Below, one piece after another: positions 24,215-34,301 of a DNA stretch of 64,000 bases. The position numbers and the translations under genes were made by a program. Each line of letters begins with the position of its first letter. Within the stretch, counting starts at the first letter, position 1. Source of the DNA: an uncultured Clostridia bacterium (GTDB taxonomy: Bacteria; Bacillota; Clostridia; TANB77; CAG-508); assembly GCA_949280815.1 (NCBI GenBank), contig CASDJM010000001.1, positions 41,036 through 105,035 on the forward strand, given 5' to 3'. Under the pieces are notes generated by a model. The model saw nothing but the letters and a program-made list of their open reading frames with translations, was not told where the DNA came from and did no database searches.

Positions 24215-25153
24215 TTATGTTTTATATAAAATCATTCTAAAACCAATATTATAGTCTGATCCATCTTCCTTATAGCTACGATTTAAAGCCGAGCCATTAA
24301 ATTTAACAGAACCTCCTCGAATGATTCTAAAGAATTGTTGATTAACAGTATCATTATTTATTAAATATCCTTCTGTGGTCCATTCTTCTAAATTTCCAGC
24401 CAAATCACAAATATTATTTACAATATCTGCTTCAGTAGCACCAGTAGGATTGATTGTCTCTGAATAATTACCACGATTTGTACTTGTTGAATAATTAGAA
24501 TTTGATTTATCAATCCATGCAAGTGTTGTATCCCAAGCATAACTATTTATTAAATTGGTAACTACATCTGAATAGTTAAATTCTTTATAAGAATTATTAG
24601 CAGTTTCATAAGCTATTGCATAATTTACATTATTAACAGGTGTTCTGTCACCCATTGTTGCAGAAACATTTTTATTATTGATAGAATAGGCAGAAGATTC
24701 GTATTTTGCGATGTAAAACCCTTTATACTGATTAACACTATTTTTAAAATCAGTTACCATATTTTCTATTTCTACACATTCACTTATATCTATATTCCTA
24801 ATTAATTCCCCATTTTCTACTGGCACCCATACATAGGTATTTCCGTAACTATCTGCAATTGTATATCCTGTTTCTACTTCTCCTTCAACATATGAAAAAC
24901 CATTTGGCATATAAGGTAAATCTTCTTCTACTGTGTTTTCCTCTGTAATATTTTCTTCTACAATGCTTTCTTCAACCGTATTCTCTTTAACAGTATTTTC
25001 TTCCATCGCATTTTCTTTTACGATATCAGTATCTTCTTCCGAGTTTGTAATAGACTCATCATCCCATACTATAACCATTATAATAGGTGCAGAAACTAGA
25101 AGTACGATAGTTGCAACAACTATAATAAAGACTTTTTTGCTCATTTTTTTCAC
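24215..25153 (-). CDS. Membrane-anchored FGE-sulfatase (SUMF1/EgtB/PvdO-type) domain protein. It is the last gene of the T7SS-like operon.
   Basis: N-terminal TM (VFIIVVATIVLLVSAPIIMVIV), an acidic EENTV repeat linker, and C-terminal GFYIAKYESS...DLAGNLEEWT...RIIRGGS...IGFRMI. Confidence 0.65.
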   Translation of the reverse strand: MKKMSKKVFIIVVATIVLLVSAPIIMVIVWDDESITNSEEDTDIVKENAMEENTVKENTVEESIVEENITEENTVEEDLPYMPNGFSYVEGEVETGYTIADSYGNTYVWVPVENGELIRNIDISECVEIENMVTDFKNSVNQYKGFYIAKYESSAYSINNKNVSATMGDRTPVNNVNYAIAYETANNSYKEFNYSDVVTNLINSYAWDTTLAWIDKSNSNYSTSTNRGNYSETINPTGATEADIVNNICDLAGNLEEWTTEGYLINNDTVNQQFFRIIRGGSVKFNGSALNRSYKEDGSDYNIGFRMILYKT

Positions 25154-25163
25154 CCTCCATTAT

Positions 25164-25415
25164 TTATATTAGAACAATTTCAGAACCATTTTGAATCGTA
25201 GATTCTCCAATTGTTAAATTTATGTCAAATGGATTAGCACTCTGCTTGTCATATAACAAGGGCATCTTTTTGGGATTATATTCTCCTTCTGTAAATTCAT
25301 TTATAGCTTTTACAATTAATCTTATAACATTGTGTATGCGCCTATTGGTTGGAATCCATATATCATAAACTTCTTCTATTATAGGAACATATAATTCAAC
25401 TAATATCTTATTCAT
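25164..25415 (-). CDS. esaB: YukD/EsaB-like ubiquitin-fold protein (T7SS)
   Basis: 83 aa; its start overlaps the essC stop; the size and position match YukD. Confidence 0.6.
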   Translation of the reverse strand: MNKILVELYVPIIEEVYDIWIPTNRRIHNVIRLIVKAINEFTEGEYNPKKMPLLYDKQSANPFDINLTIGESTIQNGSEIVLI

Positions 25416-28400
25416 CTTCTTCTTTCTTTTCCTCCATACCTAAAATCTTTACTAATATAGGTCGACCTTTTTTTATTACATATCCATAAGTATTACCACA
25501 GTTATCACTTATTCCATTATAATCAGATATTTTAAAGATACTTTGTGATTCAATGCCACTTCCAATCCAAATACCAAAGTTATTAGAAACATATTTTTTA
25601 TACCATTGTGAATAAGCATATTCTTCTAATTGGCTTGGAGTATCCAAAATAATAATATTAACTTTTTCCAAACTCTCTACTTGACTTAAACCTGATGTAA
25701 ACCATTCTTCGCCAACTATTTCAATCATTTTTCCTAAACCGATAATGAATATAATTGAATTTGGTATCTCTCTATTAGCCTTTTTCGCCTTCATTAAATT
25801 CTTTACGAATTCAAAAAAATTCTTTTGTATTTCTTCTTCATTTTCTTTTTCTATATTTTCTGCATCTAAAACTTCAAAATTAATTTTTGGTATTGATTTT
25901 ATAAGTTCTGAAAAATCACTTATAAAATTTGCACATTCTTCTAAATCTCTAGTAGAAATGATTGTCATAATATTATTTCTAAAGTCAAATTTACAAGGCT
26001 TAATACTTTTTTGGACAATTCCAACAGGAATTGCTGATACGTCTATAACTGCATTTTTTAAATGATTTGGTGTAACAATTTCTGGAACAGTTGGTATTTT
26101 TTTAGCACTATAACTAGATTTCTTATTTAATATTTCTATGGTATTCATTATTTGCTCATTCCATCTACTAGCCTCACATATCTTTGCTGTTTGAAATTCA
26201 AATATACCTTCATTTTCTATACTAATTAAACCTCTACCAAATAGTTTAGCAGGTCTCTTTCTGCCTATATGTTCAAAAATACTTCTGTATTCATCATCAT
26301 TATTCATTTGCAAAGCAATGGATTGTTTAAAGTTTTGAAGCATCCTATATCTCATACATGAAGTAGAAGATGCAACAACTAGAAAATAGATACCACACTT
26401 TTCTCCTTCTCTAACTAAGGTTTGAAATAATTCATCAAATTTCATTTCGTAATTTTCTATATAAGTTTCATAATTGTTTAACATTACAATATAAGTTGGC
26501 ATAGCGTTTCCAGTTGATTTTAAATATAATTTATAATCACCACTATAATCCGATAATATTTCTTTTCTTTCTTTTATTTCCTTTTGTAACATCATAAAAA
26601 ATCTAGTTATTTTTTCTACTTCAGAAACAAAAATAACTTCTCCAACATGTGGTGCTTTTCTAAATGCTTTCATTGCTTCACTACCAAAATCTAATATATA
26701 CAAATTGACCTCTTCTGGTGTATAATTTGTTATAATGTCATAAGCAATCGTTCCTAATAGAGTTTCTTTACCACTTTCAGCATTTCCATATATAATGACA
26801 TTTCCATCTTCTGAAAAATTCAAAGTTTTTACATTTTGTAATTGCTTCGATGGATTATCATATTCTCCTATTACTGGATTAATAATATATTTTTTATTTT
26901 TTACATGATACTTTTCTCTAATTTCATCAAGAAATATAGTTTCTGGAATGTCTTCTAGCCATAATTGTCCTTTATCTATATTTTCTTTTTGAGCCAAATC
27001 TGATAAATATTTTACGATATTAGTTATCTGTTCCCCTTGGCCTTCAATCAATACCTTTTTTTCATCATCTACTTTCTTAAGTACCATACCAGTATCTGAA
27101 ATAAATTCTATAGAATTATCAAATTCCTTTTTTACTTCATTGGATGGATAATATTGTGCTCCTGCCCAAGCTGCTTGCCCTAAAACCAAATAATCATTAC
27201 TTCCTACTCTTAAATAGAATTGTCCAGAACCTTTCAATTTTGCCCCATCTGGAATTCCTATAATATCGGAGCTATCCGATGGTGACTGAACCTTTAGACA
27301 TATTCCAAATTTTGTGTTACTAGTAATTTGTTCATTTACGACACCAGCTGGTTTTTGCGTTGCTAATATTAAATGAACTCCTAAACTTCTACCAATTCTG
27401 GCAATACTAACAAGCTCGTCCATAAATTCAGGTTCTTGTTGCTTTAATTCAGCAAATTCATCACTGATAATGAACAAATGAGAAATCGGTTTTTTTAAGG
27501 CTCCTTGATGATATAATCTTTGGTATTTATAAATATCCATGGTGCTTTCATTGGTAATATCTTTTGCTTCATTAAATTCAATTTGCCTTCTTTTTAATTC
27601 ACTTTCAATCGATTCTAATGACCTTTGCAATCCGCTTTTATCAATATTGGTTAATGTTCCAACTAAATGTGGTAACTGTACGTCTAATCTTTTAAAAGCT
27701 CCTGCTAATCCACCACCTTTATAGTCGATTAATACAAAAGTCACATCATCTGGATGATAATTGACAGCTAAGGACAAAATATAGGTAATAATAAATTCAC
27801 TTTTTCCTGAACCAGTACTACCACCAATCAAGCCATGTGGCCCATGATATTTTTCGTGTATATCTAATTCAACTTTATTTCCATTACTATCTATTCCAAG
27901 TGGTGTTGCTAATGATAGCGTAGAATCATTTTTCTTCCATCTTTCTAAGACATTTAATTGCTCAATACATCCAACATTAAACATTTCTAAAAATGTATAA
28001 CTACTAGGTAATAATAATGATTTTTCTTCTACATATTTTATCGGAATATTAGAAAGAACTGGAGTAATTTTATCAAAGAAAAGTATGGTTGATGTGTCAA
28101 TTCTAAATTTAGTTTGATTATCCGCTACATTTTTTGTTTCAAACAAGATTCCATTACCATCACTTAAATTGATAAATGTTTCACATTGGTTTGGAAGATA
28201 GTTAATATCATTTGTAATAATAAAAATACTAAAACCTATATTTTTTTCTGCACTTAAAATCTCGTTAATTAAATTTAAATTTTCTGCAATTTTATAATCA
28301 TCGATAATGATTAAATAGTAAGGTATTTCAGCTGTATAATCGAAATGTTCGTCATCTTTCCTTTTCCTTACCTCATTTTCCAAGTGTTGAGAAATTTCTT

Positions 28401-30012
28401 TAATTTTAGCATAATTATCTGCAAAAAAACGCATTGTTTTAGAACCATTCCAAGTATGTGGTAACATTTTTACAAAATCCCAATTTCGATTCACATTGTC
28501 TTTTAATAAAAAAACAAATTTTAGTTCATCATAACTTTGAAATGTTACTAATTGTGTTAATAAATCTTGCATAAATACATTCTTTTTATCTTCATCTTCG
28601 ACAATCAATGCAGAGACTCTTTTTTGTGTCAAATTTAGTAAAACTGGAGCATCTCTTAATATTTTAGCTTTTTGTATACTGTTTTCCATTAATGCCTGTA
28701 ATTCTTGTTCTTCTTTTTCCTTTTCTTCTGTTTCATCTTTTAACTGCATAGTATCAATTTTTATGTTGGATGGAATATCTCCTAATCCTAATCTGACTGT
28801 TATAAAATCTTTATCTGTTAATTTCCTTTCCCATAATCTCGCAGTTTTATTGATTATGATATTCATACATTCTTCAGCAGAAACATAAGTATTTAATAAA
28901 GTATTTTTACTTGTCTGCAAAATTTTATCAATGGTAGCTATCTTATTGTTTATATATGTCTTATAATTTCTTATTTTATCTTTTTTATTTTTTTCTCTTT
29001 GTTCTGTTGTATATTGTTGAATAAGAAGTGGTATTAATACAGAACATAAAATCATGATTCCGGAAGCTACTAAACTAAATATTGCATTTTTTTTCGTTAC
29101 TTGACCATGAATAAAATTATCTACTGTTTGGATTACAGTTATAAATGTCATTGCTCCCATAGAAAGCATAGAAGCCATTGCCAAAATAATCGGTAATTCT
29201 TTTTCTTGTTTTGTATCCATAGGTTTCTCTATTGTAATTGTTTGTTCATCAACTAAATCCATTATTCTAGGTGGTCTCAAAAAATATTTCTCATCGCTCT
29301 CTTCATTTTTTTCTTGATCTTCTTTTTCTAGAATTTGTTGATTATCTGAGGTAGTTAATGAAAAATAATTAGAATTTAATCTCACTTTATTAGAAGGATT
29401 ATTAATAAATATACTATTTCCCATTATTATAATTTTTAGTCCAAAAATAAATATAACATCACCATTATATAACATTTTAGATTTATTAGAAACGGGAATA
29501 TCATTTACGTATATGTCAAAATTGTTATAGTAACTTTCTATCATCCATAAACTATTAGAATGATATATTTTTACATGATTTTCGCCTATAAAAGCATTAT
29601 TAAATACAATATGATTGGTTTTTTTATTACTCCCAATATAAATTTCAGTTGTATTTATGATATCAAAATGGGAGAAAGTATTGTCATATAATGGCATACA
29701 ACATAATAAGTAGATTTCATTTTTATTGGCAAGTTTTATATAATAAGTTTCATAATTTTCTAAAATAACAGCATCCATTATTTTTTCTTTTCCTGTTATT
29801 TTTATTTCGTTGTTCACTATTTCAATACTTTTTTTGCTAATAATACTTGAATAATTAGTACTTACAATTTGCCATTTATCATTAATACTTTGAATGTTTA
29901 CTAGCTTTTTTTCTACTTCTGTACTTTTATCACATAACCAATAATTCCCAGTAGGTTTATTGGGCAAAATTATTTTGTTGAGTGAATTTTTTCCTATTAG
30001 TGTAACAACCAT
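25408..30012 (-). CDS. essC: Type VII secretion FtsK/SpoIIIE-family ATPase EssC/YukBA
   Basis: About 1530 aa. N-terminal FHA-like region, then TM segments, then three P-loop ATPase domains (HGLIGGSTGSGKSEF..; GNAESGKETLL..). Likely start MVVTLIGK with RBS AAGGGGAAG; the ORF-track TTG at 30078 is less likely. Confidence 0.85.
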   Translation of the reverse strand: MVVTLIGKNSLNKIILPNKPTGNYWLCDKSTEVEKKLVNIQSINDKWQIVSTNYSSIISKKSIEIVNNEIKITGKEKIMDAVILENYETYYIKLANKNEIYLLCCMPLYDNTFSHFDIINTTEIYIGSNKKTNHIVFNNAFIGENHVKIYHSNSLWMIESYYNNFDIYVNDIPVSNKSKMLYNGDVIFIFGLKIIIMGNSIFINNPSNKVRLNSNYFSLTTSDNQQILEKEDQEKNEESDEKYFLRPPRIMDLVDEQTITIEKPMDTKQEKELPIILAMASMLSMGAMTFITVIQTVDNFIHGQVTKKNAIFSLVASGIMILCSVLIPLLIQQYTTEQREKNKKDKIRNYKTYINNKIATIDKILQTSKNTLLNTYVSAEECMNIIINKTARLWERKLTDKDFITVRLGLGDIPSNIKIDTMQLKDETEEKEKEEQELQALMENSIQKAKILRDAPVLLNLTQKRVSALIVEDEDKKNVFMQDLLTQLVTFQSYDELKFVFLLKDNVNRNWDFVKMLPHTWNGSKTMRFFADNYAKIKEISQHLENEVRKRKDDEHFDYTAEIPYYLIIIDDYKIAENLNLINEILSAEKNIGFSIFIITNDINYLPNQCETFINLSDGNGILFETKNVADNQTKFRIDTSTILFFDKITPVLSNIPIKYVEEKSLLLPSSYTFLEMFNVGCIEQLNVLERWKKNDSTLSLATPLGIDSNGNKVELDIHEKYHGPHGLIGGSTGSGKSEFIITYILSLAVNYHPDDVTFVLIDYKGGGLAGAFKRLDVQLPHLVGTLTNIDKSGLQRSLESIESELKRRQIEFNEAKDITNESTMDIYKYQRLYHQGALKKPISHLFIISDEFAELKQQEPEFMDELVSIARIGRSLGVHLILATQKPAGVVNEQITSNTKFGICLKVQSPSDSSDIIGIPDGAKLKGSGQFYLRVGSNDYLVLGQAAWAGAQYYPSNEVKKEFDNSIEFISDTGMVLKKVDDEKKVLIEGQGEQITNIVKYLSDLAQKENIDKGQLWLEDIPETIFLDEIREKYHVKNKKYIINPVIGEYDNPSKQLQNVKTLNFSEDGNVIIYGNAESGKETLLGTIAYDIITNYTPEEVNLYILDFGSEAMKAFRKAPHVGEVIFVSEVEKITRFFMMLQKEIKERKEILSDYSGDYKLYLKSTGNAMPTYIVMLNNYETYIENYEMKFDELFQTLVREGEKCGIYFLVVASSTSCMRYRMLQNFKQSIALQMNNDDEYRSIFEHIGRKRPAKLFGRGLISIENEGIFEFQTAKICEASRWNEQIMNTIEILNKKSSYSAKKIPTVPEIVTPNHLKNAVIDVSAIPVGIVQKSIKPCKFDFRNNIMTIISTRDLEECANFISDFSELIKSIPKINFEVLDAENIEKENEEEIQKNFFEFVKNLMKAKKANREIPNSIIFIIGLGKMIEIVGEEWFTSGLSQVESLEKVNIIILDTPSQLEEYAYSQWYKKYVSNNFGIWIGSGIESQSIFKISDYNGISDNCGNTYGYVIKKGRPILVKILGMEEKKEEDE

Positions 30013-30192
30013 TTCTTTCTTCCCCTTATCTCTTTGTATATTTGTGGATATTATATCATTCAAATAGCTTAATGTCAAAGTTTTTAACTACGTTCCATAC
30101 GTTTTCTTATATCTTGTTACTACTCGGTCTTATTATCTTTTTGTTCTAAAAGTTTATATATTTTTTACGAGCAAAAATAATCTCAATTATAG

Positions 30193-30226
30193 CACTAAAA
30201 AGACAAAGCAATCTTTTACTTTGTCT
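30193..30226 (-). terminator. Weak intrinsic terminator or attenuator between the WXG gene and essC
   Basis: Minus-strand GACAAAG-loop-CUUUGUC followed by UUUUUAG. Confidence 0.35.
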
Positions 30227-30252
30227 CTTGACAATACTTTTATAACAAAATA

Positions 30253-30972
30253 CTATGTATTTGATTCCCAATCGTAACTTGCAGACTTTGCTTTTTCTGC
30301 CTGTTGCTCAGCTTCTATTGCTCCACTCTTCAATCCACTTATATCTGCACGAATAGCACTTCTTTTATTTCCTTCTTCTGCCGCCTCCATTGCTTCTGCC
30401 TGTGCTTCTAAAGCTTTTCTATAAGCTGTTCTTATTTTTTTCACAGCTTCTATTGTGTCCTCCATATACTTTTTAAATTCCTTTTTTAAAGCATCTCCTG
30501 TAGAACCTTTCCAAATAATTGAATTAAAATCTTCTTTGATATTTGGAAGATTTGTCTTTAAGATATTATCAAATCTCTGATCTATTTTGCTTGTTAATGA
30601 AGCCATACCAGCTGAATTGAATTTTATTTCATCTCCTTGATCTTTAATAGGTAATTTCTCAAATATAGTTACGCCATATGGATAAATTGTTACTTTCTTT
30701 TTTTCCATTGCTTTAGCATATTGATTTCTTTTAGCAACAATTTCCTCTGGTAATTTGTCAGTGAAATAGGTATGCATCTTTTGTAATGTTGGTATTGTTT
30801 TATTCACTATAGTTACAAAATGAACATAAGAATCTCCTTTCCAATATTGTTGCATATTTTCAACATCATTAAGCATATTAAGAATCTTATTTCCTAAATT
30901 ATTTCCCCTATTTGAAATTGATTCAGCTATAGTTCTCATTTGTTTTAAATTAACGGTTGCATCTACTCCCAT
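30253..30972 (-). CDS. Tandem double WXG100 (ESAT-6-like) protein, 239 aa
   Basis: Two helix-WxG-helix units: ...MQQYWKGDSYVHF... and ...NSIIWKGSTGDALKK...; coiled-coil C-terminus; RBS AAGGAG. Confidence 0.6.
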   Translation of the reverse strand: MGVDATVNLKQMRTIAESISNRGNNLGNKILNMLNDVENMQQYWKGDSYVHFVTIVNKTIPTLQKMHTYFTDKLPEEIVAKRNQYAKAMEKKKVTIYPYGVTIFEKLPIKDQGDEIKFNSAGMASLTSKIDQRFDNILKTNLPNIKEDFNSIIWKGSTGDALKKEFKKYMEDTIEAVKKIRTAYRKALEAQAEAMEAAEEGNKRSAIRADISGLKSGAIEAEQQAEKAKSASYDWESNT

Positions 30973-31080
30973 AATTCAACACTCCTTTTCTATCTTTATT
31001 ATCAAAAAGTACTTATATATACTCTCCATTTTAGATTCTACTATAGTTAAACCTAATATGTCAATCTCAGATAAATTAAA

Positions 31081-31124
31081 ATTAGATTACAATTAGATTA
31101 CAATTAGATTACAATTAGATTACG
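31081..31124. repeat. 11-bp tandem repeat (ATTAGATTACA) x4 in the prfA / T7SS-operon intergenic region
   Basis: attagattacaattagattacaattagattacaattagattacg. Confidence 0.9.
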
Positions 31125-31200
31125 ATTCCTTTCGCTTTTTAATATCTTTCTTCCTACTTCATCAATTCTCTTTAAATTTCCTTTTCAAAGATTTCCTATA

Positions 31201-32265
31201 CTACTCTTCTCCTTTCAATCTCTCTGCCCTATCTGCTGCAATCAAATTATCTATCATTTCATCAATATCACCATTTAAGAAATTTTCGATTTGATAGACA
31301 CTCATCCCAATTCTATGGTCTGTGATTCTTCCTTGTGGATAATTATAAGTTCTAATTTTCTCACTTCTATCACCCGATCCTACTTGTGTTTTTCTACTAT
31401 TGGCTATTTCACTATCTTGTTTTTCTTTCTCTATTTCATATAATTTGGTTCTAAGCATTTTCATGGCATTATCTTTATTTTGAAATTGTGATCTTTCTGT
31501 TTGGCATTCTACAACAATGCCAGTTGGCTCATGAATTAATCTTACCGCTGATGAAGTTTTATTAATGTGTTGTCCTCCTGCTCCTGAAGCTCTAAACACT
31601 TCCATTTTAATATCGGCTGGATTGACTTCTATTTCTACATCTTCTACTACTGGTAATACTGCAACTGTTGCAGTCGATGTATGAATTCTTCCACTGCTTT
31701 CAGTATCTGGAACTCTTTGTACTCTATGAACTCCACTTTCAAATTTTAATCTACTATAAACTCCCTTCCCTGTAATCATGAAAGAGATTTCTTTATAGCC
31801 CCCTAATCCAGTTTCATTTTCATTTAATACTTCTAGCTTCCAATGCTTTTTTTCTGCATACATCGTATACATTCTAAATAGTGTACCTGCAAATAGAGCC
31901 GCTTCTTCTCCTCCTGCACCCGCTCTTATTTCACACATAATATTTTTGTCATCGTCTGGGTCTCTTGGAATTAACAAAATTTTCAATTCTTCTTCTATTT
32001 TGGGTAAATTTTCTTTTGCCTCATAATATTCTACTTCTGCTAATTCTTTCATTTCTTGGTCTTGTAATAATTCTTGTGCTTCCTCCATAGATGCTTTGAC
32101 TTTTTTATATTCTCTAAATTTTAATACGACATCTTCTATACTTGCATGTTCTTTCATCAATTTTTGCCATTCTGCTTGGTTTGCTATAATCTCTGGGTCT
32201 GCAATTAACTTTGTTAATTCTTCATACCTTTCTTCCACTGCTTGTAATTTTTCAAACATAACCAT
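31201..32265 (-). CDS. prfA: Peptide chain release factor 1
   Basis: GGQ motif [29 protein letters not shown]; the RF1-type PxT loop here reads [13 protein letters not shown]. Confidence 0.85.
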   Translation of the reverse strand: MVMFEKLQAVEERYEELTKLIADPEIIANQAEWQKLMKEHASIEDVVLKFREYKKVKASMEEAQELLQDQEMKELAEVEYYEAKENLPKIEEELKILLIPRDPDDDKNIMCEIRAGAGGEEAALFAGTLFRMYTMYAEKKHWKLEVLNENETGLGGYKEISFMITGKGVYSRLKFESGVHRVQRVPDTESSGRIHTSTATVAVLPVVEDVEIEVNPADIKMEVFRASGAGGQHINKTSSAVRLIHEPTGIVVECQTERSQFQNKDNAMKMLRTKLYEIEKEKQDSEIANSRKTQVGSGDRSEKIRTYNYPQGRITDHRIGMSVYQIENFLNGDIDEMIDNLIAADRAERLKGEE

Positions 32266-32350
32266 TCTCCTCTTTTTCGAATTTGTTTTTCGTATTATAC
32301 TACATTTTTTAGATTAGTTCAAGATTTGTTTGACTAATAAATTGTCCCTT

Positions 32351-34273
32351 TTACATTTCTATCAAATTAAATGCTAAATTCAATTCTTCCAAAAGTTCTC
32401 TTTCCCTATGCATACAAGTAAATATCATTACTTGATGGTCAGAAAATCTCTGGGCTATATATCTCAAAATGTTTTTTAATCTTTCTGTATCATAATAAGC
32501 AAATGGCTCATCTAAAATAATTGGCATTTTTTCTTCCGACAAATCTTCTACCAATGCAAGCCTTAAAGAAAGATATAATTGGTCAATTGTCCCTATACTT
32601 AACCTAGCTACTGGTATATAATTTCCATTTTCTAACTCTACCACTAGTCCAGTATCATCATTTAGTCTAACATTCGTATATTTGCCCTTTGTAATTTCTG
32701 ATATTGTCTTAGATAATTCCTGTGTAAACTTAGGGGTAATCGTATTTTTCATACTTTCATAAGATTGGTTTAATACTTCTTTTGCTAAATTGATACTTTT
32801 CTCTAAATTTCTGAGACTCATCAATTTTTCCGTATTTTCTACTAACTCTTCTTCTATCCTTGATAAATTTTCTAATTTAGGTTCTATGTTCTTATCATCT
32901 AAATCTAAAGTATGTAATTCAACTTTTTTGTTATTTAATTTATTTTCTAAATTTTGCAATTCTACATTAATATCTTCTAATTTTGTTAATTCATCCATTT
33001 TGTTTGCTTCTATTTTATTGAAATAATTATTTTTTATTTTTTCTTTCTCTAAATTTATTTTTAAAATAAATTTATTCTTTAATTGATTTATTTCTTCCTC
33101 TAATGCACTATTATTTTTTTCTAATAAATTATTTTCATGATTTAAATTATTAATCTCTAATTCCACTTTCTCTAAATTACTTTTTATCTTTATTTCCTTC
33201 TTTTTCATCTTATTTTTAGCCAATAAAATAAATGCAAAAGCCACTGGAACCGTAAAAAGAAAAGAACAATTAAAATAAATATTTTTAATAAAAATAAATT
33301 GCAAAATATTAATAAGAAAAACCGCTAAAAAACTAATTACCATTTTTTTATTTAATTTATTTTTTTCCAAATTTACTTTTTTATTTTCTTCAAAAACATT
33401 TTCATGATTTAATTTAATTTCATTTATTTTATTTTTTATTAAATTTATTTTTTCGTCATTTTCATGTTTTAAATTTATTTTTAAATTTATTTTTTCACTT
33501 TCTATTTTTTCGTTTTCATTTATTAATTTTATTTCTTTTAAAAATTGATTTTCATTTTCCAATTTTTCTATTTCATTATTTAAATCATTTTTATTTTCTT
33601 CTATTTCATATTTTATATTTTCATATTTTTTTAGTTCTTGCTTGTCTTCTTCTAATTCTGCTATTCGCTTACTAACTATATTAATTGGTCTTTCCCTAGA
33701 CCTTTCCGTTCCTATTTCATCTAATCTACGTCTATCTATTCGATCCATTGCTCTTTTAAAAGAAACATTATCATCTCCTGTCCCTACTAAATTTGCAATT
33801 TTTTGTATTAATATATTTTGCTCTTGTTTTCCTAGTTTTACTTCTTCTTGATTAACAAGTATAGTGGATAAAAATAATGCTTCATCTACTTTTGTCTGCT
33901 CATAAAAAAACTCATTTCCCTTGCTTTTATCAATATTAAATTCCTTTGAAATATCTTCCATTTTTTCATTAAATATTTTAGGATTTTTCTTTCTAAAATC
34001 TCTAAATATTTCGTATTTTTCTTGATTGTCTAATTCATATTCCAATTTTCCAGAAAACTCTTCGCCTGCCCATGGTATATATTTTTCAAAATCCGATATA
34101 TCTTTTCCATTTTTATTTTTAGAAATCCCATAAAAACTATTCGTAATAAAATTTAAAATGGTAGATTTTCCAGTTTCATTTTCTCCATAAATTATGTTTA
34201 TATTATTACCAAAATTTATCTCTTTGTCTTTTAATTTGCCATAAGCATTTATTTTTAATTTATTGATCTTCAA
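32351..34273 (-). CDS. SbcC/Rad50-like ATPase of the YhaN type (N-terminal Walker A, central coiled coil containing two hydrophobic helices, C-terminal signature and D-loop)
   Basis: GENETGKSTILNFI; ...MVISFLAVFLINILQFIFI...VPVAFAFILLA (TM); C-terminal LSIGTIDQLYLSLRLAL...ILDEPFAYYD; TTG start with RBS AGGAGGAG. Confidence 0.7.
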   Translation of the reverse strand: MKINKLKINAYGKLKDKEINFGNNINIIYGENETGKSTILNFITNSFYGISKNKNGKDISDFEKYIPWAGEEFSGKLEYELDNQEKYEIFRDFRKKNPKIFNEKMEDISKEFNIDKSKGNEFFYEQTKVDEALFLSTILVNQEEVKLGKQEQNILIQKIANLVGTGDDNVSFKRAMDRIDRRRLDEIGTERSRERPINIVSKRIAELEEDKQELKKYENIKYEIEENKNDLNNEIEKLENENQFLKEIKLINENEKIESEKINLKINLKHENDEKINLIKNKINEIKLNHENVFEENKKVNLEKNKLNKKMVISFLAVFLINILQFIFIKNIYFNCSFLFTVPVAFAFILLAKNKMKKKEIKIKSNLEKVELEINNLNHENNLLEKNNSALEEEINQLKNKFILKINLEKEKIKNNYFNKIEANKMDELTKLEDINVELQNLENKLNNKKVELHTLDLDDKNIEPKLENLSRIEEELVENTEKLMSLRNLEKSINLAKEVLNQSYESMKNTITPKFTQELSKTISEITKGKYTNVRLNDDTGLVVELENGNYIPVARLSIGTIDQLYLSLRLALVEDLSEEKMPIILDEPFAYYDTERLKNILRYIAQRFSDHQVMIFTCMHRERELLEELNLAFNLIEM

Positions 34274-34301
34274 AAAATGCTCCTCCTTTCCAGTTATAGT
34301 T

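Noticed and set aside
31081-31124. Possible CRISPR array
   Set aside because: Only an 11-bp unit repeated four times with no spacers; no cas genes in the window.
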